A stretch of DNA of 64,000 nucleotides from Clostridiales bacterium UBA1770 (GTDB taxonomy: Bacteria; Bacillota; Clostridia; Oscillospirales; CAG-272): NCBI GenBank assembly GCA_002315325.1, contig DCGU01000054.1, positions 24,078 through 88,077 on the forward strand. The letters run 5' to 3'. Under the pieces are notes generated by a model. That model did no database searches, was not told the DNA's origin, and saw nothing but the letters and a program-made list of their open reading frames with translations. Shown here piece after piece: positions 1 to 8,932 of this stretch. A program made the position numbers and the translations under genes. Every line of letters begins with the position of its first letter. Position 1 is the first letter of the stretch.

Positions 1-85
1 GCATATCCATCGACGCTGCAAACGCATCGTATTCATCGCCGAGCAGTGCCTTCATACGAACGCTGAAAGAATCGGGAAGAAACAT
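1..85 (-). CDS. N-terminal fragment of a putative NOL1/NOP2/Sun (RsmF-like) rRNA methyltransferase; continues past the left edge
   Basis: Minus-strand ATG at 85 translates MFLPDSFSVRMKALLGDEYDAFAASMDM, which resembles RsmF/YebU-type N-termini. Only 28 codons are visible. Confidence 0.45.
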   Translation of the reverse strand, partial: MFLPDSFSVRMKALLGDEYDAFAASMDM

Positions 86-96
86 CACGTCGTCCT

Positions 97-558
97 TTAT
101 TTAAGCAGCGTATCGGGAATACGCGTTATTTCCGTTTTCATATGCTGCAAAATGAAATAGGTCTTGGTCGTGCTGACGCCTTCCATATTCTTGATTTCCA
201 TATACAGCCGCTCCAAGCTTTCGGTGGAGTCGGTCACGATGCGCAGCATAAAGTCGACGTCGCCCGTCAGGCTGTAACAGGAAATGATGGAGGGCTCGGA
301 CGCCACCTTGGCAGCAAAACTGTCGTAAAAGCGCAGGTGCTCCAGGTCAACCTCGATCATGGTTTCAATCCCGTAGCCGAGGCGGCGCTCATCCAACTGC
401 ACCGTATAGTTTTGGATAACACCGCTTTTTTCCATACGGCGGATCCGTTCCGTCACGGCGGAAACAGACAGATTCACCTGTTTACTGATGACGCAGGCGC
501 GCTCCCGCGCGTTTTTCTTCAAGCACCGTAATATGGCAAGATCGACGTCGTCAAGCAT
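97..558 (-). CDS. Lrp/AsnC family transcriptional regulator
   Basis: MLDDVDLAILRCLKKNARE... shows an HTH plus a RAM/AsnC_trans_reg-like C-terminus. I moved the start to the ATG at 558, which follows AGGAGG; the longer track ORF (to 768) is an upstream extension. Confidence 0.85.
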   Translation of the reverse strand: MLDDVDLAILRCLKKNARERACVISKQVNLSVSAVTERIRRMEKSGVIQNYTVQLDERRLGYGIETMIEVDLEHLRFYDSFAAKVASEPSIISCYSLTGDVDFMLRIVTDSTESLERLYMEIKNMEGVSTTKTYFILQHMKTEITRIPDTLLK

Positions 559-652
559 GGTATAAAACCTCCTGATGATTGTTTTTGTTTTGGGGCATTT
601 ATTCATTGCACCGCCGGCGGCACAATGATAACTTATATATAACTTATATGGT

Positions 653-681
653 ATTATAGTCCCCCCTGCGGGCAGTGTCAA
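653..681 (-). promoter_or_regulatory. sigma-70-type promoter for the Lrp gene
   Basis: Minus strand reads TTGACA, 17 nt, TATAAT. Confidence 0.6.
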
Positions 682-732
682 TAAAAAATACGGAGAAAAC
701 CGAATTTTTTTCGGTTTCTCCGTATTATTTTT
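681..732 (-). terminator. Intrinsic terminator after the Cys-rich repeat protein gene (bidirectional shape)
   Basis: Hairpin ATACGGAGAAAACCGA/TCGGTTTCTCCGTAT with A/T runs on both sides. Confidence 0.7.
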
Positions 733-745
733 GGTTTGTCTTTGT

Positions 746-2761
746 TTACGGCTTGTTTGCCGGTGCACGGCGATTGGTCAAGGCGGACAGCAAAATGCCG
801 GCAGCTAACAACAAGACAAGAATGCCGCCGAAAATCAGCGTCCATTTTTTGGAGGCATTCAGCGGTTCCCTGCCCGTTTTTTGGTCGGTTTTCGTGGGAA
901 CATCCGCCGTGTCGGGCACGTCTGTCGGCGTCACTGCGTCGGTGTCGGTGGCGGTAACGTCGTCGGGCAACGACGGGATATCGGTCCCCGTTACTGTTTC
1001 GTCAAATTCGGTCGGGCCGTCCGGTTGCGTCGGCACGTCCGGCGGCGTCTCATCTTCCGGGAGTGCGGGAATTTCGTATTCTTCCGTATACCCACAAATC
1101 AAACATTCGTTCCACGCCACCCCCGCAATCCCGGGCAACGGTTCACACAATACGGTCGGCGTCCCAAAGACGTGTCCCGCCGGGGGGATGACCGTCGGTG
1201 CAAGAATGACCGCACCGCAAACGGCGCAATGGGATCCTGATGACAATCCTGTTTCTTCACAGGTTGCGGGAACAGCTGCGTCTTTCACTGCCGAATGCCC
1301 GGCTGCAGGCACCGTTTTTTGTGCCGTCAACACCTTTCCGCAATAACCGCAGTGCGTTCCCTCGCCAAGACCCGTATCCACACACGAGGGGGAAACAGCC
1401 GTATCCGTCACCGGCACGTGGCTCAGCGCCGGCACCGATTTTTGTGCGGACAACGTGTTGCCGCAAACCGTACAGCGCGTTCCTTCGGTTAATCCCGCCC
1501 CCAGGCACGTCGGCGAAACTGCCGGCAATATCACGTAGGTATGGGGTATTTTATCCAAAACAACCTGTTTTTTGATGATGGTGCCGCAAACCGAACAGTG
1601 TACACCCTCCGAGAGCCCCGTACCGAAGCAGGTCGGTGTGACCGACGTATCGGTAACAAGCGTATGCCCGGCCATCGGCACGACAACCTGCGACACTGTA
1701 ATTTGTTTACAAACGGCGCAATGGTACCCCTCGGTAAGCCCCGTTTTCAGGCAGGTCGGTTGGAGTGCGGTATCCGTCACGAGTGAATGAACCCCCGTGG
1801 CTTCGACTGTTTGTTGAACAATGAGAATGGCTTTACATACGCTGCAGTGGGCGCCTTCCGTTGCCCCCGCTTCAACACAGGTGGGTTCGACGGCGGAATC
1901 GGTCACTGTCGCGTGTGCCGCCATAGCAACGGTTTGCTGCACGACCAGTACTGCTTTACAAACGCCGCAATGCGAGCCTTCGGTCAGTCCGGTTTTCTTA
2001 CACGTCGGTGCCACGGCGGCGTCAACCACAGGCGTATGCGCCGTCACGTCCACGGTTTGTTGCACGACCAGCACCGCATTGCAAACGCCGCAATGGGAGC
2101 CTTCGGTCAGCCCCGTTTTTTTACACGTCGGTTGAACGGCGGCGTCTGTCACCGTCGTATGAATGCCGGTGGCGGGGAGCACTTCCTGCGGGACGGTCAC
2201 CAACGTACAGGAAGAACAGTGCTGCCCTGCCGTTTTGCCGGATTTGACACAGGTGGGTGCCGCGGCGGCATCGTTTACCATATGATGAACGCCGGTGGCA
2301 AGAATTTCCTGCTGTGCGACAAGGATTGCCCCGCAAACGCGGCAATGACTGCCGGCGGTCAAACCGGGGCTGACACACGTCGGGGAGACAGCGGGGTCGT
2401 CCACGGGGACGTGAATGGTTTTTTTATCGGAACACGGACAATCTGCGCATTTATAGATTACGTAACCGTCCGAGTCCTCCGTTGCGGCAACGGAAGACTG
2501 CACGCCCCAATGATGTTCTTCCCTTTGCGTTGCATTACAGTCCGGGATTTCACAGGCGCGTTCGTGGAGCACGTAAACGTTTTGCTCGTCATTACTTATT
2601 TTATACCAGTCGCTCCATTGATGCGTACCGTCCGGGCAATCTGCCGAAACGGACAACGGCAAACAGACCGCAAAGAACAGCACGGCACAGAAAAAAGAGA
2701 TAAACCACAGTACTTTGCGCAATTGAGTGGCATTTTGATTGTTTTTTCTTATGGGAAGCAC
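746..2761 (-). CDS. Cysteine-rich tandem-repeat surface protein (signal peptide, ~11 x 41-aa H/C3 repeats, acidic P/T/D-rich stalk, C-terminal TM anchor)
   Basis: GTG start after an AAGGGGGA RBS and a signal-like N-terminus. The repeat is (A)GH-x8-PTC-x2-TGLTEG-x-HC-x-VC-x9-V. The C-terminus is WTLIFGGILVLLLAAGILLSAL followed by basic residues. No enzymatic motif recognised. Confidence 0.8.
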   Translation of the reverse strand: MLPIRKNNQNATQLRKVLWFISFFCAVLFFAVCLPLSVSADCPDGTHQWSDWYKISNDEQNVYVLHERACEIPDCNATQREEHHWGVQSSVAATEDSDGYVIYKCADCPCSDKKTIHVPVDDPAVSPTCVSPGLTAGSHCRVCGAILVAQQEILATGVHHMVNDAAAAPTCVKSGKTAGQHCSSCTLVTVPQEVLPATGIHTTVTDAAVQPTCKKTGLTEGSHCGVCNAVLVVQQTVDVTAHTPVVDAAVAPTCKKTGLTEGSHCGVCKAVLVVQQTVAMAAHATVTDSAVEPTCVEAGATEGAHCSVCKAILIVQQTVEATGVHSLVTDTALQPTCLKTGLTEGYHCAVCKQITVSQVVVPMAGHTLVTDTSVTPTCFGTGLSEGVHCSVCGTIIKKQVVLDKIPHTYVILPAVSPTCLGAGLTEGTRCTVCGNTLSAQKSVPALSHVPVTDTAVSPSCVDTGLGEGTHCGYCGKVLTAQKTVPAAGHSAVKDAAVPATCEETGLSSGSHCAVCGAVILAPTVIPPAGHVFGTPTVLCEPLPGIAGVAWNECLICGYTEEYEIPALPEDETPPDVPTQPDGPTEFDETVTGTDIPSLPDDVTATDTDAVTPTDVPDTADVPTKTDQKTGREPLNASKKWTLIFGGILVLLLAAGILLSALTNRRAPANKP
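1058..2413 (-). repeat. Coding tandem repeat, period 123 bp (41 codons), ~11 units
   Basis: Adjacent units reach near identity, e.g. 1932-2007 versus 2055-2130. Boundaries are approximate. Confidence 0.75.
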
Positions 2762-2867
2762 CGTTTTTATCCCCCTTTCCGTTATTTTTGTTAATTATAG
2801 CATTGCCGTGACAATAAGTCAAACACATTTCCCCGTGTGAAGATTTGGTGAAACCGCCCCCGATATG

Positions 2868-2896
2868 TTGACAAAAACCCCGTTTCGTTGTACAAT
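2868..2896 (+). promoter_or_regulatory. sigma-70-type promoter for rny
   Basis: TTGACA, 17 nt, TACAAT, about 60 nt upstream of the rny start. Confidence 0.6.
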
Positions 2897-2957
2897 TACA
2901 ATGTGTTTATATCGCCATATAAACATACTATTATATTTATATAAAAGGAGGTGTAAT

Positions 2958-4499
2958 ATGGATATCATCATCCCGATTATTGTCGGGGTCGTCGCATTGA
3001 TCGGCGGTGCTGCCGGTATGTGGTACTATTGTGCCAAGGCAGCGAACGGTAAGCTCAAGACGGCGGAAACACAGGCAAATCAGATTGTGCAGGACGGTCA
3101 GAAAAAGGCCGAAACCGCCAAGAAAGAAGCCCTGCTGGAAGCCAAGGAAGACATTATCCGTCAGCGGAACGAAGCTGAACGCGAAATGAAAGAACGCCGT
3201 GCCGAAATCACGCGCCAGGAACGTTGGATTACCCAGAAAGAAGAAAATCTGGATAAGAAGACCGAAGCGCTGGAGCACAAGAACGACACCCTGGACAAAA
3301 AAATCAAAGAAAACGAAGAACTGCAGGAAAAGATCCAAGAGGAACTGCAGAAACAGACAGACAAACTGGAAGAAATTTCCGGTTATACTGCCGAAGAAGC
3401 CAAGAACGAACTGATTGCGGAAATGGAATCGCAGTGCCGTCACGAAATGGCGCAGCGGTTGGATGAATTGGAACAGGAATTCAAGGATGAAGCCGACACG
3501 AAGGCCAAAAACATTCTGTCGCTTGCCATCCAAAGATGCGCTGCCGACCAGGTATCCGAAACGGCTGTTTCCGTCGTTACGATCCCCAGCGATGAAATGA
3601 AGGGACGCATTATCGGTCGTGAAGGCCGTAACATCCAGAAGTTGGAACAGCTGACCGGTGTGGAACTCATTATTGACGACACGCCCGAGGCCATCACCAT
3701 TTCCGGATTTGATCCCGTCCGCCGCGAAGTTGCGAGAATGGCATTGGAAAAGTTAATTTCCGACGGCCGTATCCACCCTGCCCGCATTGAGGAAATGGTG
3801 GAAAAAGCACAGCGTGAGGTTGACGCCGAGGTCAAACAGGCCGGCGAACGCGCCACCTTTGAAACCGGTGTACACGGCATCCATCCCGATCTGATTAAGA
3901 TGCTGGGTCGGTTGCGTTACCGCACCAGTTACGGACAGAACGTCCTGCAGCACTCCATTGAGGTTGCTTTCCTTGCCGGCATGATGGCCGACGAACTCGG
4001 CGTTGATACCGCCACTGCAAAACGTGCAGGTCTTTTGCACGATATCGGTAAATCCGCTCCCCACGACGTGGAAGGTTCCCACGTGGAAATCGGTGTGACC
4101 GCTGCCAAGAAGTACAAGGAAAGACCCGAAGTTATTCACGCGATTGAGGCGCACCACAACGACGTGGAACCCCAGACCATTATCGCCATCTTGGTACAGG
4201 CCGCCGATGCGATTTCCGCAGCGAGACCCGGTGCCAGACGCGCAGACCTGGAAAACTACATCAAGCGTCTTGAAAAATTGGAAGAAATTGCAACCGGATT
4301 CGAGGGCGTTGAAAAAGCGTTCGCCATTCAGGCCGGTCGTGAAATCCGCGTTATGGTCAAGCCGGAAGACGTCAACGATGACGGCATGAAGCTGATCGCA
4401 CGCGAGATGGCACAAAAAATCCAGGATGAAGTCAAATATCCCGGACAGATTAAGATTAACGTCATTCGGGAAAGCAGAGCCGTTGACTACGCGAAATAA
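2958..4499 (+). CDS. rny: Ribonuclease Y
   Basis: N-terminal TM helix, coiled-coil, KH motif [11 protein letters not shown] and HD motif LLHDIGK. ATG at 2958 follows AAAGGAGG. Confidence 0.95.
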   Translation: MDIIIPIIVGVVALIGGAAGMWYYCAKAANGKLKTAETQANQIVQDGQKKAETAKKEALLEAKEDIIRQRNEAEREMKERRAEITRQERWITQKEENLDKKTEALEHKNDTLDKKIKENEELQEKIQEELQKQTDKLEEISGYTAEEAKNELIAEMESQCRHEMAQRLDELEQEFKDEADTKAKNILSLAIQRCAADQVSETAVSVVTIPSDEMKGRIIGREGRNIQKLEQLTGVELIIDDTPEAITISGFDPVRREVARMALEKLISDGRIHPARIEEMVEKAQREVDAEVKQAGERATFETGVHGIHPDLIKMLGRLRYRTSYGQNVLQHSIEVAFLAGMMADELGVDTATAKRAGLLHDIGKSAPHDVEGSHVEIGVTAAKKYKERPEVIHAIEAHHNDVEPQTIIAILVQAADAISAARPGARRADLENYIKRLEKLEEIATGFEGVEKAFAIQAGREIRVMVKPEDVNDDGMKLIAREMAQKIQDEVKYPGQIKINVIRESRAVDYAK

Positions 4500-4636
4500 T
4501 CGAATTGATTCGCCTGCAGCATAACGCTCATCATCCGAACACTCATTTCCCATTACGGGTTTATATAGTATAACATACAACCCCGCAGGATATTGGTCGG
4601 CACAGCCCGTGCCGCTTCATTATACATATGAGTAAA

Positions 4637-4675
4637 GGCCCCACGGAATTTTCATTCCGCGGGGCCTGTTTTATT
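4637..4675 (+). terminator. Intrinsic terminator after rny
   Basis: GGCCCCACGGAAT/ATTCCGCGGGGCC hairpin followed by TGTTTTATT. Confidence 0.75.
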
Positions 4676-4689
4676 GGTTTTCAGAAGAA

Positions 4690-5574
4690 TCAGTCCACGT
4701 CGTAGTTACCGCCGAAGAGACTGTCTGCGGGGGCTTCGGTCGGGTGGTAGGTGCTGTAGCCGACGGGGGGCATGGTGCGGATGGCGAGCATATCGGCGTC
4801 GGACAGTTCAAAGTCGAAGACGTCGGCGTTCTGGGCGATACGCTCGGCGTGGGTGGACTTGGGCATGGGCAGCACGTCGGACTGCAGGGCGAAGCGCACG
4901 CAAACCTGTGCAACGCTCTTGTTGTACTTGGCGGCAATCTTACCCAGCGTTACGTCCTGTAAAACGGCACCGCAGCCGAGAGGCGACCAGCCCTCGACCA
5001 GCATACCGTGGTTTTGGCACCATTCTACGAGTGCCGGCTGATAGTAACCGGGGTGGAACTCGATCTGGTTGACCATGGGCTTTACGGTTGCGGTTTCTTC
5101 CAGGGCCAAAATCTGTTCGGGCAGGTAGTTTGACACGCCGATGGCGCGAATCTTGCCCTCTTTGTACATCTTTTCAAAGCCGGCCCAGGTGGCGGCGTTG
5201 ATTTCCTTCCAGTTGGGGTTGGACTTTTCCACGCAGGGCCAGTGCACCAGGTACAGGTCCAGGTAGTCGGTGCCGAGGTTCTTGAGCGATGCCTCTACGG
5301 CGGCCACAGTCTTTGTATAACCGCGTTCCATAATCCAATGCTTGGTTGTTAAGAAAATATCGCTGCGGGCAACACCGGACAAACGAATGCCCTCTCCGAC
5401 GCTCGCTTCGTTGCCGTAGGCGGCGGCTGTATCGATATGACGGTAGCCGGCCTTGAGTGCAGCCACAACGCTGTCGCGCGCCACGTCACCGTTGGGAGTC
5501 TGCCACGTGCCGTACCCAACACAGGGAATCTGCACACCGTTCGACAGTGTAAAAACGTCCGTTAATGATTTCAT
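4690..5574 (-). CDS. Aldo/keto reductase (2,5-diketo-D-gluconate reductase-like)
   Basis: GYGTWQ and GYRHIDTA motifs. The second ATG (5574) has better spacing to GGAGGA than the track start at 5580. Confidence 0.85.
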   Translation of the reverse strand: MKSLTDVFTLSNGVQIPCVGYGTWQTPNGDVARDSVVAALKAGYRHIDTAAAYGNEASVGEGIRLSGVARSDIFLTTKHWIMERGYTKTVAAVEASLKNLGTDYLDLYLVHWPCVEKSNPNWKEINAATWAGFEKMYKEGKIRAIGVSNYLPEQILALEETATVKPMVNQIEFHPGYYQPALVEWCQNHGMLVEGWSPLGCGAVLQDVTLGKIAAKYNKSVAQVCVRFALQSDVLPMPKSTHAERIAQNADVFDFELSDADMLAIRTMPPVGYSTYHPTEAPADSLFGGNYDVD

Positions 5575-5614
5575 GTTCATTTCCTCCGTTTATATGATAA
5601 AAATAAGTGCAGGA

Positions 5615-6784
5615 TTATTGGCCGTCCGGCACGCGCTGTGCCAGAATCACGCGGTACTTTTGATAGAAGCTTTCAAAATAACCGCCGTCAAGTGCCTCGC
5701 GGATTTTCGCCATGAGTTCGTTATAGAAGAACAAATTATGGGCGACAGCCAAACGCATACCGAGCGCCTCCTGCGAATGCACCAGATGGCGCAGGTAGGA
5801 GCGGCTGTAATGGCGGCAGGCGGGGCAATTGCAGACGTCGCTGATGGGGCGGTCGTCGGCAATATATTTTTCATTTTGCAGGTTCATTTTGCCGTTCCAG
5901 GTAAAGAGGTTACCGTGGCGGGCATTGCGGCTGGGCATCACGCAGTCGAAGAAATCGACACCGCGGTGCACGGCCTCCAGAATATTGACGGGCGTACCGA
6001 CACCCATTAAATAACGGGGCTTTTCCACCGGCATATGGGGTTCCACGACGTCGATGATATGGTACATCGTCTCGGCGTCCTCACCCACGGCCAAACCGCC
6101 GATGGCGTAACCGTCGCAGTCCAGTTTGGCAATTTCATCCATGTGCCACACGCGCAAATCGTCGTAGGTACCGCCCTGGTTGATACCGAAGAGCAGCTGG
6201 TTGGGGTTGAGCGTATCGGGCAGGCTGTTCAGCCGTTCCATTTCGGCCTTGCAGCGCACCAGCCAGCGCGCCGTGCGTTCGCAGGACTGTTTGACGTAGG
6301 GGTACGGGCTGGGGTTTTCCACGCATTCGTCGAAGGCCATGGCAATGGTGGATGCCAGGTTGGACTGAATCTGCATACTTTCCTCGGGGCCCATAAAAAT
6401 ACGGCGGCCGTCAATGTGGGAGGCGAAATACACGCCTTCTTCCTTAATTTTACGCAGCGATGCCAGGGAGAACACCTGGAATCCGCCGCTGTCGGTGAGC
6501 ACGGGGCCCTTCCACGACATAAACTTGCGGATACCGCCCATTTGTTTAATCAAACCGTCACCGGGGCGCAGATGCAGGTGATAGGTGTTGGACAGCTCGA
6601 CCTGGCAGCCGATGTCCACCAGTTCTGTCGGGGAGACACCGCCCTTAATGGCGGCGCAGGTGCCGACGTTCATAAAAACGGGCGTCTGGATATCGCCGTG
6701 CACGGTATGCAGAATACCGCGGCGTGCCTTGCCGTCCTGTGTCAGCAAGGTAAACTTGCCCATCTTTTCGTCTTTTTCACACAT
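5615..6784 (-). CDS. tgt: Queuine tRNA-ribosyltransferase (tRNA-guanine transglycosylase)
   Basis: LTDSGGFQV motif and zinc site CNCPACRHYSRSYLRHL. Confidence 0.95.
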   Translation of the reverse strand: MCEKDEKMGKFTLLTQDGKARRGILHTVHGDIQTPVFMNVGTCAAIKGGVSPTELVDIGCQVELSNTYHLHLRPGDGLIKQMGGIRKFMSWKGPVLTDSGGFQVFSLASLRKIKEEGVYFASHIDGRRIFMGPEESMQIQSNLASTIAMAFDECVENPSPYPYVKQSCERTARWLVRCKAEMERLNSLPDTLNPNQLLFGINQGGTYDDLRVWHMDEIAKLDCDGYAIGGLAVGEDAETMYHIIDVVEPHMPVEKPRYLMGVGTPVNILEAVHRGVDFFDCVMPSRNARHGNLFTWNGKMNLQNEKYIADDRPISDVCNCPACRHYSRSYLRHLVHSQEALGMRLAVAHNLFFYNELMAKIREALDGGYFESFYQKYRVILAQRVPDGQ

Positions 6785-6789
6785 GAAGA

Positions 6790-8898
6790 TTACGTCCTTT
6801 CAAACTGTTTGTCAAGTTCCTTTTTGGAAAGCGTCATGGCCACCGGTCTGCCGTGCGGGCAGAAGGTGATATCCGGCAGTTCCATTAATTTGCCGACCAC
6901 CCATTCCAGGTGCCCCGCAACGTATTCCCTGCCGGCCTTGATGGCCGCTTTGCAGGAGGCCTGATACAAGGCCTTTTCAAATAAAATGTCACGCGTCAGT
7001 TCGGGGTGCCCCGTACCGTCTGTGATTTGTGCGGCCATCGCCTGCAGCATGGCGGGCACGGCGGCGGCTTCAATACCGCACGGAATGGCCGTGACGTACA
7101 GTACGTGGCGTCCGGCATCCATTTCAAATCCGATTTTTTCCAGTTCATCGCGGTATTCGGTCAACGCCTGAATTTCGGCGTCGTCGGCCGGTGCCTCGAT
7201 GGGCAGCATCAGCATTTGCGACGAGGGCACCGTTGCGTGCAGCCGTTCCTTCAGCGTCTCGAACAAAATGCGTTCGTGGGCGGCGTGCTGGTCGATGAGC
7301 AGCATTTCGCTGCCGCGCTCCACGATAATATATGCGTTAAATACCCAGCCGACAATACGCCAGGGCAGCAGTTCTTTTTCCTGTGCTGCGTCGGCCTGTG
7401 ACGGTGCAGACACAGGCATACGAATGGCTGCGTCGTTGTCGGGCGTCGGCTTTTGTGATACGGTCGGCACGGCGGGATTGACGCCCTCGTACGGGACGTC
7501 GCAAACACTGTGTGCTGTCGGCGCTGCCGGTGCGGGAGCTGTTTGTACTGTTTGAGCGGTTTGTGCCGTCTGCTCTGTCTGCTTGCATCCATTATCGGCT
7601 GCCGACGGTACGTGCGGCAGCGGCACGGATGAAGATGAAGGTAAAGGTGCATCGGCATAGGATTGCGGGGCCTGCGGTGCCGGCCGCACCGCTGTGGGAA
7701 CGGCGGGCGTAACCGACGGCCGGTCAAATGCGGGTGCGGATGACGTCGTGTTGCCCGCGGGGGTACTCATGGCAATCTGCCGTGCCTTGACGGAGTCACC
7801 GCGTTCGGGGATGGGGGCAAAAGCCTGCGCACCCGTGCGGCGCCATTCGTCGGCCGTCATATGGCCGAACGAACCCTGATTGCCATTGACTTTGACGTCG
7901 GGACGGCTCTTATCGTCCTCCAGCGCCTGTTTTACGGCGTAATAAATGGCCTCAAAAACCACCTTTTCGTTGGAGAAATGCACCTCCAGCTTGGCGGGAT
8001 GCACGTTGACGTCAACGAGCCCCGGGTGGATGCCGATATTCAAAATACAGCACGGAAACTTTTCCGGCGGCAGATAAGAAACGAATGCCTGTTCCAGTGC
8101 GGCCATGGCCGTCTTGCTTTTGACGGTACGATTGTTGATGAAGAAATCCTGGCGGTTACGGCTGCCGCAAACGTTATCGGATCGGCCGATGAAACCGGTG
8201 ACCGTAATGCCCTCCAGTTCCCCCTTGACCTCAATCAAACGACTCGTGAAGTCGCGGCCGTACACGGCGTACACGGTGCTCTTGAGGCTGCCGTCGCCGG
8301 CGGTTTCCAGCCGTCGGGCGCCGTCCACGATTAAATTGAAGGCGATTTCGGGATGGGAGAGGGCCACGTGCGTGACGTTGACGGTCACTGCCATGGACTC
8401 GGTCACGTCCTTTTTTAGGAACTTGCGGCGGGCGGGCACGTTGGCAAACAAATCCTCCACGATGACGGACGTCCCGGCGGGACAACCCGTCTCCGTCAGT
8501 TCGTACTCTTCCCCGCCGACGGTTTCCAGCACGGTGCCCACGGGGCAATCGGCCGGGCGGGAGATGATACGCAGGTGCGAAACCGAGGCGGTCGCTGCCA
8601 GTGCTTCCCCGCGGAAGCCCAGCGTCATAATGGTTTCCAAGTCGGTTGCGTCCTTGATTTTACTGGTGGCATGGCGGCGAATGGTCAGGGGCAAATCCTC
8701 GGCACTGATGCCGCAGCCGTTGTCGGTCACGCGCATATACGTGACGCCGCCGTTCTGAATTTCAACGGTGATACGGGTGGCGCCGGCATCAATGGCGTTC
8801 TCCAGCAGTTCCTTGATGACAGAGGCAGGGCGGTCCACCACCTCACCTGCTGCGATTAAGTTCGCCACCGAAAACGGTAATACGTTAATCACGCCCAT
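6790..8898 (-). CDS. mutL: DNA mismatch repair protein MutL
   Basis: IAAGEVVDRPASVIKELLENAIDAG and GFRGEAL motifs, with a long P/A/Q/T-rich linker. AGGAGG RBS. Confidence 0.95.
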   Translation of the reverse strand: MGVINVLPFSVANLIAAGEVVDRPASVIKELLENAIDAGATRITVEIQNGGVTYMRVTDNGCGISAEDLPLTIRRHATSKIKDATDLETIMTLGFRGEALAATASVSHLRIISRPADCPVGTVLETVGGEEYELTETGCPAGTSVIVEDLFANVPARRKFLKKDVTESMAVTVNVTHVALSHPEIAFNLIVDGARRLETAGDGSLKSTVYAVYGRDFTSRLIEVKGELEGITVTGFIGRSDNVCGSRNRQDFFINNRTVKSKTAMAALEQAFVSYLPPEKFPCCILNIGIHPGLVDVNVHPAKLEVHFSNEKVVFEAIYYAVKQALEDDKSRPDVKVNGNQGSFGHMTADEWRRTGAQAFAPIPERGDSVKARQIAMSTPAGNTTSSAPAFDRPSVTPAVPTAVRPAPQAPQSYADAPLPSSSSVPLPHVPSAADNGCKQTEQTAQTAQTVQTAPAPAAPTAHSVCDVPYEGVNPAVPTVSQKPTPDNDAAIRMPVSAPSQADAAQEKELLPWRIVGWVFNAYIIVERGSEMLLIDQHAAHERILFETLKERLHATVPSSQMLMLPIEAPADDAEIQALTEYRDELEKIGFEMDAGRHVLYVTAIPCGIEAAAVPAMLQAMAAQITDGTGHPELTRDILFEKALYQASCKAAIKAGREYVAGHLEWVVGKLMELPDITFCPHGRPVAMTLSKKELDKQFERT

Positions 8899-8932
8899 AT
8901 TGTCAGCACCTCCTTCTCATTCATTGATACGT

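Noticed and set aside
1787-2794. 335-aa plus-strand ORF, together with many shorter plus-strand ORFs between 675 and 2800
   Set aside because: All are antisense to the Cys-rich repeat protein gene. That gene has a coherent signal peptide, repeat and TM-anchor architecture plus an RBS.
7400-7760. Low-complexity repeat (TAQTAQTVQTAPAPAAP, P/S/A-rich) inside mutL as a possible insertion or frameshift
   Set aside because: It lies in the known variable linker between the MutL N- and C-terminal domains. The reading frame is continuous and both flanking domains are intact.
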